NCBI GenBank assembly: GCA_036676395.1
Contig: JAKFCY010000002.1
Coordinates: 1,344,001-1,408,000 of the forward strand
From: Bdellovibrio sp.
Lineage (GTDB): Bacteria > Bdellovibrionota > Bdellovibrionia > Bdellovibrionales > Bdellovibrionaceae
Length of the DNA stretch: 64,000 bases
Direction of reading: 5' to 3'
Part shown: positions 19,891-30,541 of the stretch, in pieces
How positions within the stretch are numbered: position 1 is the first letter of the stretch
Layout of the letters: each line of letters starts with the position of its first letter
Notes under the pieces: generated by a model
Told to the model about the DNA's origin: nothing
The model's database searches: none
The model's input: only the letters and a program-made list of their open reading frames with translations
Translations under genes and position numbers: made by a program

Positions 19891-20838
19891 TTCAGCGTGA
19901 ATTTTTGCTTCAATCGTTGCAAAACCATCGGCCTTGATCCAAGTGCCAGATGAGCTTTTGTGACCGCCGCCATCCATGCGCGAAGCTACAGTGTAAGCAT
20001 AATCATTTAAAGCCGATCTAAAACTGACTTTGTATTCATTATCACTGGCTTGTCTGATGAAGTAGGCAAACTTCACCATCGGCATAAGCGTAAACATATC
20101 AACGATGTCATTTACATCATCGCCTTCTAATTTGTATTTTTCTAATTGTTTAAGGCTTACCGTAAGGCCAACAACTTTGTTGTTCGAAAAATATTTTGCC
20201 GAATGAATCAGTTCAGCCAAAAATAACATTTTATCAGGAGTCCAATGCGCGAAAAGCGCACGTTGAATGCCTTCGGTGTTAATTTTATAACCGGCTAATT
20301 CGCCAGCGATATAATGTGAGCGCGAAGAATTTTTAACTAACTTAAAAGCCTGGGTATCAAAAGTTAAACTTGAATAAAGAGCCGAAGCGATAAAATCATT
20401 CAGCGGCACTTTCAGAGTTTTAATCACATCAAAAACGATTTCTCCTGTCGAGGCCGCATCAAGATTCATAATGCGAAAAACAAGTGGGTGGGGTTTGGCA
20501 TTTTCGACGTGATGGTCGATAAATAAAACTTTGCAGTTTTGATCTAAGCAGTTTTGATAAAGGGGGTTGCAAAGTTCGCCATGGTTGGTGTCTAGAATAA
20601 TCAGTAAATCCGGAGTCATTTCGTCAGGATTTGAGCAGATGTCCACATTTTCAAGCATATACGAGTAGCGTTTTGGGACTTCGTCGACGGGAACAAACCA
20701 AACTTGCTTGTTCAGATTTTTAAGGGCTCCATATAAGGCTGCAAGACTACCGATGCCGTCGCCATCAGAATTTCTATGAGTTGAGAGGAGGATTTTGTTG
20801 GCTTTAAGGATAACTTCAATTTGCGAATCAATAGACAT
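19864..20838 (-). CDS. nrnA: DHH-family oligoribonuclease/pAp phosphatase
   Basis: H.NSDGDGIGS, LD, IDHH, AASTGE, DT, SFRS, GGGHK motifs. Confidence 0.88.
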   Translation of the reverse strand: MSIDSQIEVILKANKILLSTHRNSDGDGIGSLAALYGALKNLNKQVWFVPVDEVPKRYSYMLENVDICSNPDEMTPDLLIILDTNHGELCNPLYQNCLDQNCKVLFIDHHVENAKPHPLVFRIMNLDAASTGEIVFDVIKTLKVPLNDFIASALYSSLTFDTQAFKLVKNSSRSHYIAGELAGYKINTEGIQRALFAHWTPDKMLFLAELIHSAKYFSNNKVVGLTVSLKQLEKYKLEGDDVNDIVDMFTLMPMVKFAYFIRQASDNEYKVSFRSALNDYAYTVASRMDGGGHKSSSGTWIKADGFATIEAKIHAELRLLKLLD

Positions 20839-20941
20839 AGGCTATATCCTAATATGACGCAACGTAGCCTGTCCCCTGTAGTTTGTTAAACCCAAACATT
20901 TTTGGTATAAAATAAGACTTTTGAATAGGGATCTATAAAAT

Positions 20942-21421
20942 ATGGCATCAGACGTACTACCAATGACCGCTCGTGGAAAACAATTGCTTGAAACTGAGCT
21001 TAAAAGATTAATCTTTGAAGAACGCCCAGCTGTGATTAAAGCTATTGAAGAAGCTCGTGCCCATGGTGATATCTCTGAGAATGCTGAATATGAATCTGCA
21101 AAAGAGCGCCAAGGTATGATTGAAGGTCGCATTGGCGACATTCAAGGCAAAATTGCCGGAGCAGATGTTATTGATCCAGCGACGATTAAATCAGACCGTG
21201 TGGTTTTCGGAGCTACTGTTGTGATCGTTGATCAAGAAACAGAAGAAGAGCACACCTATCAAATCGTAGGTCCTGACGAAGCTGATGTTAAAAAAGGCAT
21301 GATCTCGGTCATGTCTCCGATTGCGCGCGGTATGATCGGTAAAAAAACTGGCGATGCGTTTACAGTGCAAAGTCCTAAAGGCGATAAAGATTACGAAATT
21401 GTTTCTTTTAAATTCGTCTAA
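20942..21421 (+). CDS. greA: Transcription elongation factor GreA
   Basis: EARAHGDISENAEY, YQIVGPDEAD, ISVMSPIAR motifs. Confidence 0.98.
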   Translation: MASDVLPMTARGKQLLETELKRLIFEERPAVIKAIEEARAHGDISENAEYESAKERQGMIEGRIGDIQGKIAGADVIDPATIKSDRVVFGATVVIVDQETEEEHTYQIVGPDEADVKKGMISVMSPIARGMIGKKTGDAFTVQSPKGDKDYEIVSFKFV

Positions 21422-21440
21422 TTAAGTTCACAATTAACAC

Positions 21441-23399
21441 ATGAGAAGAGCGGTCGTTGATCAAGCCGGTTTAAGAGTCGTAATGATAGGATTAATCCTG
21501 TCATTATTTATCGGGCTTATTTTTAAATCGCAAATCAGATCCAGTGTTGTTAAAGCCCGCTTACAACAAGCCATTGTAAGACTGCAAAAAGATGTAAATA
21601 TTGATTTTGAATCTGTCGAAGTTCGCCTAAGCGAATGGGGTATCCCGCGCCCGGTGATTGAAATTCGCGGCGTTCGCATCAGTCCGCTAAAAGCCAACTG
21701 CCAAGAAAACCAAATTTACATCGATGCTTTAAGTTTTCCGTTAAGTTTTAATCTATTGTTTGCAAAAGAAAAGGTGATTTCAACCGTACGTGTGTCGCTG
21801 TTAGAGGTGCGCACGAAAAATACGCGTCAGTGTTTTGCAAAAAATAATAACGAAGATGCCATCGCTAATCGCGTGGTTATGTCGGCAGCTTCGCCAAGTG
21901 CACCCGTTGTTGTTAATACAGAAGAAAAGCGCAATGCGGCCGTTGAAAAGTTAAGAAATTTCAAGTCACATTTAAATGAAATTAAAATTGATCGCTTGCG
22001 TGTGATCGCGATTGATAAAATGAACACCGCTGTCGATTTTAATGCTGTTCAGGTGTTGTTTAAATATGAAAATAGAAAATTAAATGAACTTTCTATTCAG
22101 TCGCAGTTATCGGCTTTTAAAGAGGCTGAAAAAAGTTATTATCTTTTTAAATCAGACTTAAAATTTAACATAAAGCTTGAAGACAAACCTTCGATCAATG
22201 CCGAACTCAAAGGGCTTATTGTCGATCGCCCATTTCATTTAAAACTTAAAAATGATCTGCAAAAAAATAGTTTACAGTTTTTAGGTGAATTAGGCGGAAT
22301 TTCTTTAAAGGCGATTAATTACATCGTTAAAGCTGAACGACCACAGGCTGAAGTTTTTGACTTCTTAAGCGGATCGTCAATGACGGGCTACATGACTGGT
22401 GAATACTTTATTGATAATCGTCATTATGAAATTAATTTTAAAGATATTAAAATCTTAGTTGGTGGCGGTGTGGCCGAAATTAACGATATTTATGTCTTAG
22501 GTAAGATGGATGAAAAAGCACAGATCAGACCTTTCGATGTGCAATTATCACATATTGAACTTACTAAAATTTTATCACACTCAACTTTTGATAATATCAG
22601 ACCCAGTATTCAAAATGCGGGGTATATTTCGGGCTTAATTCAGTTTACTCATGCAAATCAGTTTAAAGTTAAATCACTGATCGAAAAAACAAGTTTCGTG
22701 TTTTCAAATAAAGGCGAGCGGGTTTCGCAGGTTTTTGACAGCTTTAATTTGCATGCCAGTGTTGACCCGCAAAAAATCACCTTAAACATTAATGATTTTA
22801 TTCTGGATACGCACAAAATTCATGGTTTTTTAAAGTACAGCCATCAAACAGCCAGTGGCGATAAAAGCCTATCAGTGGATTTAGAAGGGCGTTTGCTAAA
22901 GCCTGATACGGTGAAGTTATTTACAGGTAAGGCCGGTGATCCAGAGATCAGATTGTTATTTACCACAGATTTAAAGAATCAATTAAAAGGCACTGCAAGT
23001 ATTGATAAAATCAGTATTCAGCAGTTTGATGTGACGAAATTAAATCTTGAGTATGATAAAAATCTTTTATTAAAAAGTGAATTTTACAATGTAAGAACGG
23101 GCAATTTAACAGTTGCCGCGTCTGAGAATTCACAAGCAAGCCACTTAAATGTGATGTTCGATCAAATATTGCCAAAACCTTCAGTAAGTTTTGCGCAAAG
23201 CAGGCTGACAATTCAAAAAGATGGTTTAGGTAAATTAAGCTTTAATCTTAAAAGTGAACAAAAAGGCAAAACCGATTTGAATGTTATCGGTGAATATGTG
23301 CCTCGCATGAGTAATATGACAGCTAAGGGTAATTTCAAGGGGCAAAACTTCACCCTTTCTGGCGCTTTAGATAAGTTAGTGGCGACTCCGCTTAAATGA
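21441..23399 (+). CDS. Membrane-anchored beta-rich protein, possibly AsmA-like
   Basis: Single N-terminal TM segment followed by a long alternating beta-strand pattern; family assignment is inference. Confidence 0.55.
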   Translation: MRRAVVDQAGLRVVMIGLILSLFIGLIFKSQIRSSVVKARLQQAIVRLQKDVNIDFESVEVRLSEWGIPRPVIEIRGVRISPLKANCQENQIYIDALSFPLSFNLLFAKEKVISTVRVSLLEVRTKNTRQCFAKNNNEDAIANRVVMSAASPSAPVVVNTEEKRNAAVEKLRNFKSHLNEIKIDRLRVIAIDKMNTAVDFNAVQVLFKYENRKLNELSIQSQLSAFKEAEKSYYLFKSDLKFNIKLEDKPSINAELKGLIVDRPFHLKLKNDLQKNSLQFLGELGGISLKAINYIVKAERPQAEVFDFLSGSSMTGYMTGEYFIDNRHYEINFKDIKILVGGGVAEINDIYVLGKMDEKAQIRPFDVQLSHIELTKILSHSTFDNIRPSIQNAGYISGLIQFTHANQFKVKSLIEKTSFVFSNKGERVSQVFDSFNLHASVDPQKITLNINDFILDTHKIHGFLKYSHQTASGDKSLSVDLEGRLLKPDTVKLFTGKAGDPEIRLLFTTDLKNQLKGTASIDKISIQQFDVTKLNLEYDKNLLLKSEFYNVRTGNLTVAASENSQASHLNVMFDQILPKPSVSFAQSRLTIQKDGLGKLSFNLKSEQKGKTDLNVIGEYVPRMSNMTAKGNFKGQNFTLSGALDKLVATPLK

Positions 23400-24145
23400 A
23401 AATTTTAAAATTTTTTTACTCGCTAGATTCAGAATCATTCAAACCCCCAAGACTTCAGTGTCACCGTGGCTATTGGGTAGATGGGTTAACGCAAAACTCG
23501 CTGGCATCACTGCAACGGGCCTATGAACTTGGTTACAAAATGTCTGAGTTCGATATTCGCATCACCAAAGATTCAGAAGTCATTTTATTTCATGATGATT
23601 TTATTGGCTCTAAAAAAGTTTCTGAAATGACTTTAGCTGAAGTCAATAAAGACCATAAAGTCGATTTGTTTGAAGAAGCGCTTAAGTGGTTTTCGACTTT
23701 AGAAAAAAACAGTTATTATTTAAATATCGAAATCAAATCAAAGTTTGTACGTAACCGTCGTTTAGAGATAAAAGTTTTAGATTTAATATTAAAATACAAA
23801 GTGCAAGATCGCGTGCTGATTTCTAGTTTTAACCCATTCAGTTTGTATTTTTTCAGAAGAAATTATCCTTCAATTTTGCGCGCGCTGCTTTTAACTTACA
23901 ATAATGAGAACGGTAATAATTTTGTCGTTAAAAGTCAGGTTTTGAATGTTCTGGCGCACCCGCATTTTTTGCATTTAGATGAAAAACACTGGTCACACAA
24001 GCGCTATAAAGCTTTATTAAAATTAGGAATTCCGGTGGTTCTATGGACCTGTAATGACCTGGAAAAGGTCAAAAAATACTTCGCGCAAGGTATTTATGGC
24101 GTCATTAGCGATGACCTGAAACCAGCTGATATCGCTAAAATATAA
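23396..24145 (+). CDS. Glycerophosphodiester phosphodiesterase family
   Basis: HRG, N.LAS, EFDIR.TKD, FHD, NIEIK, ISSFN, WTCN, VISD motifs. Confidence 0.92.
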   Translation: MKILKFFYSLDSESFKPPRLQCHRGYWVDGLTQNSLASLQRAYELGYKMSEFDIRITKDSEVILFHDDFIGSKKVSEMTLAEVNKDHKVDLFEEALKWFSTLEKNSYYLNIEIKSKFVRNRRLEIKVLDLILKYKVQDRVLISSFNPFSLYFFRRNYPSILRALLLTYNNENGNNFVVKSQVLNVLAHPHFLHLDEKHWSHKRYKALLKLGIPVVLWTCNDLEKVKKYFAQGIYGVISDDLKPADIAKI

Positions 24146-24194
24146 AAGTGTTTCAAGCTGAAACGTTCTAGAGTTTTTACCCCACCCAAAGTCT

Positions 24195-24221
24195 TAATTA
24201 TTTACACAATTTTGCCGATAA
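24195..24221 (+). promoter_or_regulatory. sigma28 (FliA)-type promoter of the pilin-like operon
   Basis: TAAT-N15-GCCGATAA versus consensus TAAA-N15-GCCGATAA; perfect -10 box and correct spacing. Confidence 0.7.
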
Positions 24222-24244
24222 GAGTTACGGGGGAACTTATCGAA

Positions 24245-25612
24245 ATGGCTAAACCATCGCGCGCTGCTTTTATTAAATCAAATAAAGGGTTTACCTTAGT
24301 TGAGACTATGGTGTCGGTTGGCATTATGTCGGTTGTTCTTGCTGGCCTTGCCACAGCCATTGTTAGCACGCTTAGAGACGGTGAAGCTTCAGCAAAAGAT
24401 TCAATGAATGCAATGGAAGACCTTCAGGTGCAAACCGCACAGCAAGATTATCTGACTCGTGCAGCGCCTTCATATTACTTCATGCATGTTCCGATTCGTT
24501 CATTTTGTTCTGGTTCAGAAAAAGTTCCGTGTCTGCGTAAGATTGATCCGGCGACGGGTGCTCTTACTGGAATTAACAGTGGTAGTGGGCTTCCCGCTAC
24601 AATTGATTTTTACAAAGACGTCAGCGGTGATATGAAAAAGACAAAACTTTCGGGTATGTCAGCCTCTGGTGAAATTAATAGTTCGGTCTACATGATGTCG
24701 GGATCAAACGTTGATATCAGTAAACTGACAACACAAAGTAATAATTCTTATGTGTATGCAAGTTGGCCTTTGTTTAATGAAGAATCCGAAGCCTTGCCTA
24801 TTCTGGTCCGCAAAAAAAATGCATCCTACTTAACTCATATCAAACAATTCGGAGCCTCTTATGAAAACACGGCTCCGGCTGGAATATCTTTATTTAATGT
24901 GGCTTTGACTGCCGATAAAGCCCAGCTATTGGTTAAAGATTTAAAAGATTCATTAGCTGTTGTTTATAATGTGAATCGGCCGACACAGTTTGTAATTCAA
25001 AAAATTACTCAAGCCCTAAACTGTCCCAAAGATAGTACGACTCAAAATTTCTGCAAAGTGACGGGTAAAAGTATTTCAGTTTCTGCAGCTACCGATGATT
25101 TAGTCGCTGTAGGTTTTGCGAATACGATAGCGCTTAAGTTAGATAACGTTCAGATTTCCGCAAGCTATACAGCAAATGCTGCCGCGGGTTCAAGAACGCA
25201 TTTAACTTCACGTTATATACCGACTTCGACATCAGTCAGTATTTCGGGTAACTGGTTTGCGGGCGGCGGCGGCGGTGATTATTTATTTCCGCGCAGTTCT
25301 TTTTCTTTGGCAGATGATCGCGCTGATTTTCAGGGGGATTTAGATTATTCTCCGGTCGATATTAAGCGTATTCAACATTACTATAATATGAATAGCCATG
25401 AGGCGACCTTGGTCGTCCTGCCAGTTGATCTTGGTTATATTAAATTAAAACAAAGTGCACAGTTTCCTGATAAGTATGACCTTGTCGTGACGTCTTCAAG
25501 TCATGAAGAGGTTGTTTTAGTTCCGTCAATTAAAGAAAAAAATGATCCTAATTCTTATGTTTACGTAAACCGTAAATTAGGAACTGGGATGATAGAAGTA
25601 TTTATTAAGTGA
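24245..25612 (+). CDS. Type IV prepilin-like protein, large (PilW/GspJ-like; start ATG 24245)
   Basis: Class III signal KSNKG|FTLVETMVSVGIMSVVLAGL with E5. Confidence 0.85.
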   Translation: MAKPSRAAFIKSNKGFTLVETMVSVGIMSVVLAGLATAIVSTLRDGEASAKDSMNAMEDLQVQTAQQDYLTRAAPSYYFMHVPIRSFCSGSEKVPCLRKIDPATGALTGINSGSGLPATIDFYKDVSGDMKKTKLSGMSASGEINSSVYMMSGSNVDISKLTTQSNNSYVYASWPLFNEESEALPILVRKKNASYLTHIKQFGASYENTAPAGISLFNVALTADKAQLLVKDLKDSLAVVYNVNRPTQFVIQKITQALNCPKDSTTQNFCKVTGKSISVSAATDDLVAVGFANTIALKLDNVQISASYTANAAAGSRTHLTSRYIPTSTSVSISGNWFAGGGGGDYLFPRSSFSLADDRADFQGDLDYSPVDIKRIQHYYNMNSHEATLVVLPVDLGYIKLKQSAQFPDKYDLVVTSSSHEEVVLVPSIKEKNDPNSYVYVNRKLGTGMIEVFIK

Positions 25613-25620
25613 GGTATCTC

Positions 25621-27399
25621 ATGAAAAACAAATTGAGCTCTATTTTGGTCGCAGGTTTTTTAACGGTCGTGCTTCCGCTAAGCTTATTTGCCGCAGGCAA
25701 AGTTAAGAAAAACTCTAAAGTTATTCTTAGCGGTAATATCTTAGCAAATTCGCAGATCGTGCCTGTTGGTGGCCAGATTAAAACAGTAATGGGTGCAGGG
25801 GCTGGTAAAATCAGCTTTTCAAGCACGCGCTATTGTGGTGATGGTGACGTGGCCTCGTATAGTGATAGCCATCCGACGACAGAGTTTTATCCTTCTGATG
25901 ATCCTGACACGAACATTATCGTAGGCTATTGGATTTCGCCACAAGGTAGCCCGTTAGATCTATCTGCGAATAAATTTCATTCTATCGGGTACGTGAAAGA
26001 TTCAAAAGTTGATTCTGACGTTACTGAAAGACTGATTGCAACAAATTTTTCTGGTATGCCAGCCAAAAAGACTTTTAAGTTAATCGAAGATGCTGTGAAA
26101 GATCTAGCGTTTGTTGCTGAAGCAACAAAGCCAGCACGCGTACAGGGGTTATCTAATACTAAATTTAACATGAAGTTTGTAGCTATGGCTTGCCCGGTGA
26201 TTAAGAACACCAATGGTATTGATAGTAGTTCAGGTATGAATAATTTAACAATTTCGCGCCAATTTTTATCTGGCAGTAGCTTAGTAGGTACAACAAACCT
26301 TCAGGATTACATGCAAGATAGTATTCTTGAATCGAATGCTTCGATTAGTAAAACGCGCATTCGTGTTGATAACGGCGGCGGCACAGTTTCTGGCAAATCA
26401 ATAGATTTAAATTTTGGTGGTAGCGGAAGTGAAAGTTTATCAAGTGAACTAGTGAATTTAGTTAACGATTTGGCAACAAGATCAAAGCCGAATGTTCATA
26501 CGACGACTTTAACAGCGATGATCACTTCAATGACAAGCATTAGTTGTTCATGTGACAGATTAGAATACCAAGCTGATTTGTCAGGTTTAAAAGCGCGCTT
26601 TGATGCTTTTAAAACACGACTGAATGCCGCTAAAGCTGATGCAAGTATTTGTGATGCAAGTTCTTCTATCCGTTTTGATAGTGCCGACTATCCGTGGGAA
26701 TCATTCCGCACAAATGCCGCCTGCCAATTATATCACAAATTACTTGCCACAGAGTTAGCACCTTATGAAACAGCGTTGGATGAAATGTTTAGCGCTGCAG
26801 ACACAAACAAAAATACTTGCCCAGACGTACAAGCGGCAATGAGTAGTGGTTCGTGCCCGGCGCCATCAGTAGGTAATTTAACTAATATCAGTGATAGCGA
26901 ATATCGTTCGCGTAAAATGGCTTTGAATAAAAAATTAATGAAAATTGTAGGAACCCCAAACGCGATTCAATTAGCACAAGGTCGTTTGAAAACAAATATC
27001 ACTTCAAGTAATCCAAATTTTGCGTTAAATACGGCATCATGTTTTCCGTTAACAGCAGCCAGCGGTGAATTTATTAAATATGTAGGTTCATCGGTGGGGA
27101 TTGATATTGATCCAGATCCTGTGATGTCTGGTTCAAAAATGGTCAGTATCAACAAGCAAAGTGTAGCTCATCCTGAGGGTAATTTTGCCATCGGTGGTGA
27201 TGCTCCTTACTTAACCGGAACTGGTAATTCATTAGTTATGTTCAACAATACCGGCGGTGATCCGAAACTAGACTCTTCTTTTAAGGTTGAAGTTGGTACG
27301 GCCACTCCGGTAGCATTAACAACAGGTACGGCGAATGTGCAATTTCATATTCGTTCGATAGGTTGTTCGCAGAATATTTATTGCTACAATGACAGATAA
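25621..27399 (+). CDS. Secreted Cys-containing hypothetical protein within the pilin operon (start ATG 25621)
   Basis: Sec-type signal MKNKLSSILVAGFLTVVLPLSLFA; GAGGT RBS; multiple Cys including C-terminal CSQNIYC. Confidence 0.75.
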   Translation: MKNKLSSILVAGFLTVVLPLSLFAAGKVKKNSKVILSGNILANSQIVPVGGQIKTVMGAGAGKISFSSTRYCGDGDVASYSDSHPTTEFYPSDDPDTNIIVGYWISPQGSPLDLSANKFHSIGYVKDSKVDSDVTERLIATNFSGMPAKKTFKLIEDAVKDLAFVAEATKPARVQGLSNTKFNMKFVAMACPVIKNTNGIDSSSGMNNLTISRQFLSGSSLVGTTNLQDYMQDSILESNASISKTRIRVDNGGGTVSGKSIDLNFGGSGSESLSSELVNLVNDLATRSKPNVHTTTLTAMITSMTSISCSCDRLEYQADLSGLKARFDAFKTRLNAAKADASICDASSSIRFDSADYPWESFRTNAACQLYHKLLATELAPYETALDEMFSAADTNKNTCPDVQAAMSSGSCPAPSVGNLTNISDSEYRSRKMALNKKLMKIVGTPNAIQLAQGRLKTNITSSNPNFALNTASCFPLTAASGEFIKYVGSSVGIDIDPDPVMSGSKMVSINKQSVAHPEGNFAIGGDAPYLTGTGNSLVMFNNTGGDPKLDSSFKVEVGTATPVALTTGTANVQFHIRSIGCSQNIYCYNDR

Positions 27400-29077
27400 A
27401 AAAACTTTTAACCACACTCTAGGTAACAACAGCGGGTCTATCGTCGTTATGGTGATGATGGGCGCTGTAGTTATGACAGCTGTCGTGGGTATGATGTTCT
27501 ATGTAAAAAACGCCACCGATTCTTTATCATACATCGTTTCTAAGGGAACAACCCGTGCGATGACCGAAGTAGTGATCGGAAGCATTCTTGATGTCTATTC
27601 ACAACCTTTAGTTTCTACGACGTGTGATAGCCAGCTTGTGGCTACGGCGGTCAGTTTTCGTGATTTAACAAATGCGAATCCCACAACTTTTTCCTGGGAT
27701 TCTAACCCGTCAAATTCCTCAACGCCGCCGGCTGTTGCAGCCCGCAACTGTATGATTCCGGCCTTGATGGCCAATCAGTTAGAGCGTGTACTTATTATTT
27801 TGACCCCGATGCCCACCTTGGATGATTTACCGGGAACCCGCCGTGAACTGCGTATTGAAATTAAATTACAAAAAAAAGGTGCAGTCGCTACGCAGTCTGT
27901 GATCAGACACTATACTTTAAGTTTATTAAGCCTTGATCGTTATGGCGTTATTTTTAATTCTAGTTTAGCCACTGCTTTTGAAATCGATTCAAGCAGTAAA
28001 TTGTATTTCGATACGCATGTTCTACATTCAAATAAAGCAGCTCCTTTTACAGTTTCAAACTTAGTGGCCTACACCGAATCACCGAAGACGATCTTTAAAC
28101 AGACAGTTTATTCTTTAGCCGATAAGATTAATTCAGCAGCCTCATTTCAATTAGCCAAATTTAATGCGGTCTTTGAAAAAGGTTTTAGTACCGGTCATTT
28201 GCCGAATGTAAAATATTTTCCGACAACCTATGTTGGCTATTCTTGGACTGAGCCTATTGATTATCATTACGTCTATGCCAATTCAGGCGGGGTTCAGGAT
28301 CTAAGTCCTTTACCAGGTTTAACAGGGGGCAAAATTTCAAGTAATGGAGATCCCTATAATTATAACGCTACGTTAGCTAATGTCACAACGTTTCCGCATT
28401 CATCTATTTTGCAAAAGTTAGCTCATACCTGTGAGATTGGGGTTTTAGGAAGTGCGATCAGTAAAATCATGGTGCTGTACCGGTCTGATGCCGAAGTCAC
28501 TTTAGATTTTTCGGCTGATTCAGATCCGTTAAAATTTTGTGGACTTCTAAAAGTCAGAAAATTAACCATTAAACTTCAGCCCGGAAAAACGCATTATTTA
28601 TTCGGTAAGTTTTATTTCGATCAAATCAAAGTTACCGGCGGCGGAACTTTATACATTGTCGATCCAGAACTTGATACCTTGCTTACACAAAATTACGACA
28701 GTGTGATCAGTATGACCGATCTGCGCCGTGAAATGAAAACACTTGAAGTTTACGTTGGTAACCCTTTTTACCAACCGATTAACAGTGATCTAACAACGTT
28801 GGAAGCGACGGTTGGAAACTACGGTAAAAACTTCGGCCATAAAATGCCGTCAGACTGGTTTTCAGGAGCACCGCAAAAAGATTTAGCCGGAAATGTTGTT
28901 GCTCCAGGCAGTCAGCTTTGTGACCCAGCTATTCCAAATTATTATTGTTGGCCAAACTATATGCGCAGTTACCGCCGCCATATAGAAGGATCAGGGCTGC
29001 CAAATATCAGCGTATTGTTTAACGCTTCAGGCTCATTTAACCGCACATTGATATTTAATGCTGTGAGGACTTTATGA
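27389..29077 (+). CDS. PilX/GspK-like minor pilin (no E5)
   Basis: NNSG|SIVVMVMMGAVVMTAVVGMMF prepilin-like N-terminus without Glu5; overlaps neighbours. Confidence 0.65.
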   Translation: MTDKKTFNHTLGNNSGSIVVMVMMGAVVMTAVVGMMFYVKNATDSLSYIVSKGTTRAMTEVVIGSILDVYSQPLVSTTCDSQLVATAVSFRDLTNANPTTFSWDSNPSNSSTPPAVAARNCMIPALMANQLERVLIILTPMPTLDDLPGTRRELRIEIKLQKKGAVATQSVIRHYTLSLLSLDRYGVIFNSSLATAFEIDSSSKLYFDTHVLHSNKAAPFTVSNLVAYTESPKTIFKQTVYSLADKINSAASFQLAKFNAVFEKGFSTGHLPNVKYFPTTYVGYSWTEPIDYHYVYANSGGVQDLSPLPGLTGGKISSNGDPYNYNATLANVTTFPHSSILQKLAHTCEIGVLGSAISKIMVLYRSDAEVTLDFSADSDPLKFCGLLKVRKLTIKLQPGKTHYLFGKFYFDQIKVTGGGTLYIVDPELDTLLTQNYDSVISMTDLRREMKTLEVYVGNPFYQPINSDLTTLEATVGNYGKNFGHKMPSDWFSGAPQKDLAGNVVAPGSQLCDPAIPNYYCWPNYMRSYRRHIEGSGLPNISVLFNASGSFNRTLIFNAVRTL

Positions 29078-29547
29078 TTATTAAAAACAATAAAGGCTTT
29101 ACGATAATTGAATCTGTGATGATGGGGGCCTTAGGTTTTATTATTATCGGTGCCGCTGTTTCTGGTATTGCCTGGATTAAATCAAGCTTTAACCGCTTAT
29201 CTAAACGTACTGTAGCGATAGAAATTGTTTCTGCGTTTTCACAAAACTTACAAGAACAGTTCGTTCGCTATCCCAATATAGCTATCAGCGGAACTCAGGG
29301 TACATTTGTTTTATGTTTTGATATGTCGATTCGTCCGGCAAAAAATTCTACCGGCGGAATGGATCCAATTGTTAAAACTTTTAGCGCAAGCAACATGAAG
29401 AAAAATAGCGGCCTTTGTGTTCTTAATGGTTACGAAATTCATTTAACGTGGACAACAACACCAAATCAATACCGCCTGGTTGTTCTGGGCGTAAATAATG
29501 ATTTAGGACCAGTGTATGACGAAACCGTTTCAGTTTTTAAACAGTAA
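29074..29547 (+). CDS. Small type IV prepilin-like protein (PilV/GspI-like)
   Basis: KNNKG|FTIIESVMMGALGFIIIG with E5; ATGA overlap. Confidence 0.82.
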   Translation: MIIKNNKGFTIIESVMMGALGFIIIGAAVSGIAWIKSSFNRLSKRTVAIEIVSAFSQNLQEQFVRYPNIAISGTQGTFVLCFDMSIRPAKNSTGGMDPIVKTFSASNMKKNSGLCVLNGYEIHLTWTTTPNQYRLVVLGVNNDLGPVYDETVSVFKQ

Positions 29548-30517
29548 GAGTTTAATTCATATTTTTTTATTCGGATTATTTTCAATAATCTTACTGGCTT
29601 CGCTTTATCTTTTTAATGTCAGTGGTTTTGGTTATCAGATCAAGTCTTCTGAAAAAGATGTATTTTGGTTATTAATTCTATTTTCTTATCCACATTTTGT
29701 CGCTAGCTATTATTGGTTTTATAAAAACAAAACTCTGCGTGAAGAAAATCGTTTTGTCGGAAAGTACCTGCCGTGGATGATCGTGGTATTGCTGGCTTTA
29801 GTTTTTACTTTGCAGGCTGGCTTTTTGGTGCAATCGATGCTGATCGCAGCCTGGATTTTACTATTTTGGCATTTTGTTAAACAAAGTTACGGCTGTTCTG
29901 TTTTTTTGGCAAAAGAAAATTTTCCATTTACTAGTAAGTCTTTGCTTTTATATAGCTATCTAAGTCTTGCTGGCTTTGGTTTTTTAAATATTCAAAGACA
30001 TGAAGCTAAAGTTTTGCTTTTTCGAAGTTATGTTAGTGTTTATAAAGTGCCTGATTTTTTTTCTTATACGTTGTTAGGTTTTGCCTGGATTTTATTTTTT
30101 GCGTTTATCGTAACTTATGTAAAACAAACTACAGATAAAAATGCGAGCTATAAAAAAATAGCCATGATCAGTATTCCGTGGGTTGCGAATTTAATGTGGT
30201 TTTCGTGGTGGACTGTTGAAAGCTTTTTTATGCTGATTCCGGTGTTTCATGCGATTCAGTATAGCCCCTTTATTTTACAGGGCATATCCCGCTTACAAAA
30301 TGAAACCAAAGATTTCGTAAAGGTCGTGGCGGGGATTTTTGCCGTCTCGGTTTTGTTTTTCGTAGGTTTACCCTTAGTTGCGAATCAATACGCACCCCAA
30401 ATGGCCGAGGCTGTAGTGACTTCGATGTTTGTCTTTTTTAACTTACATCATTTTTTTATTGATTCGGTCGGGTGGAAGTTAAGTAAAGAATCGATCAGAA
30501 AAATTCTATTTAATTAA
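29516..30517 (+). CDS. Polytopic membrane protein with four His motifs, function unknown
   Basis: About 9-10 hydrophobic segments; SYPHF, WHFVKQSYG, FHAIQY and NLHHFFID motifs. Confidence 0.75.
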   Translation: MTKPFQFLNSKSLIHIFLFGLFSIILLASLYLFNVSGFGYQIKSSEKDVFWLLILFSYPHFVASYYWFYKNKTLREENRFVGKYLPWMIVVLLALVFTLQAGFLVQSMLIAAWILLFWHFVKQSYGCSVFLAKENFPFTSKSLLLYSYLSLAGFGFLNIQRHEAKVLLFRSYVSVYKVPDFFSYTLLGFAWILFFAFIVTYVKQTTDKNASYKKIAMISIPWVANLMWFSWWTVESFFMLIPVFHAIQYSPFILQGISRLQNETKDFVKVVAGIFAVSVLFFVGLPLVANQYAPQMAEAVVTSMFVFFNLHHFFIDSVGWKLSKESIRKILFN

Positions 30518-30541
30518 GCTGTATAATTTGAAAAATCGCAA

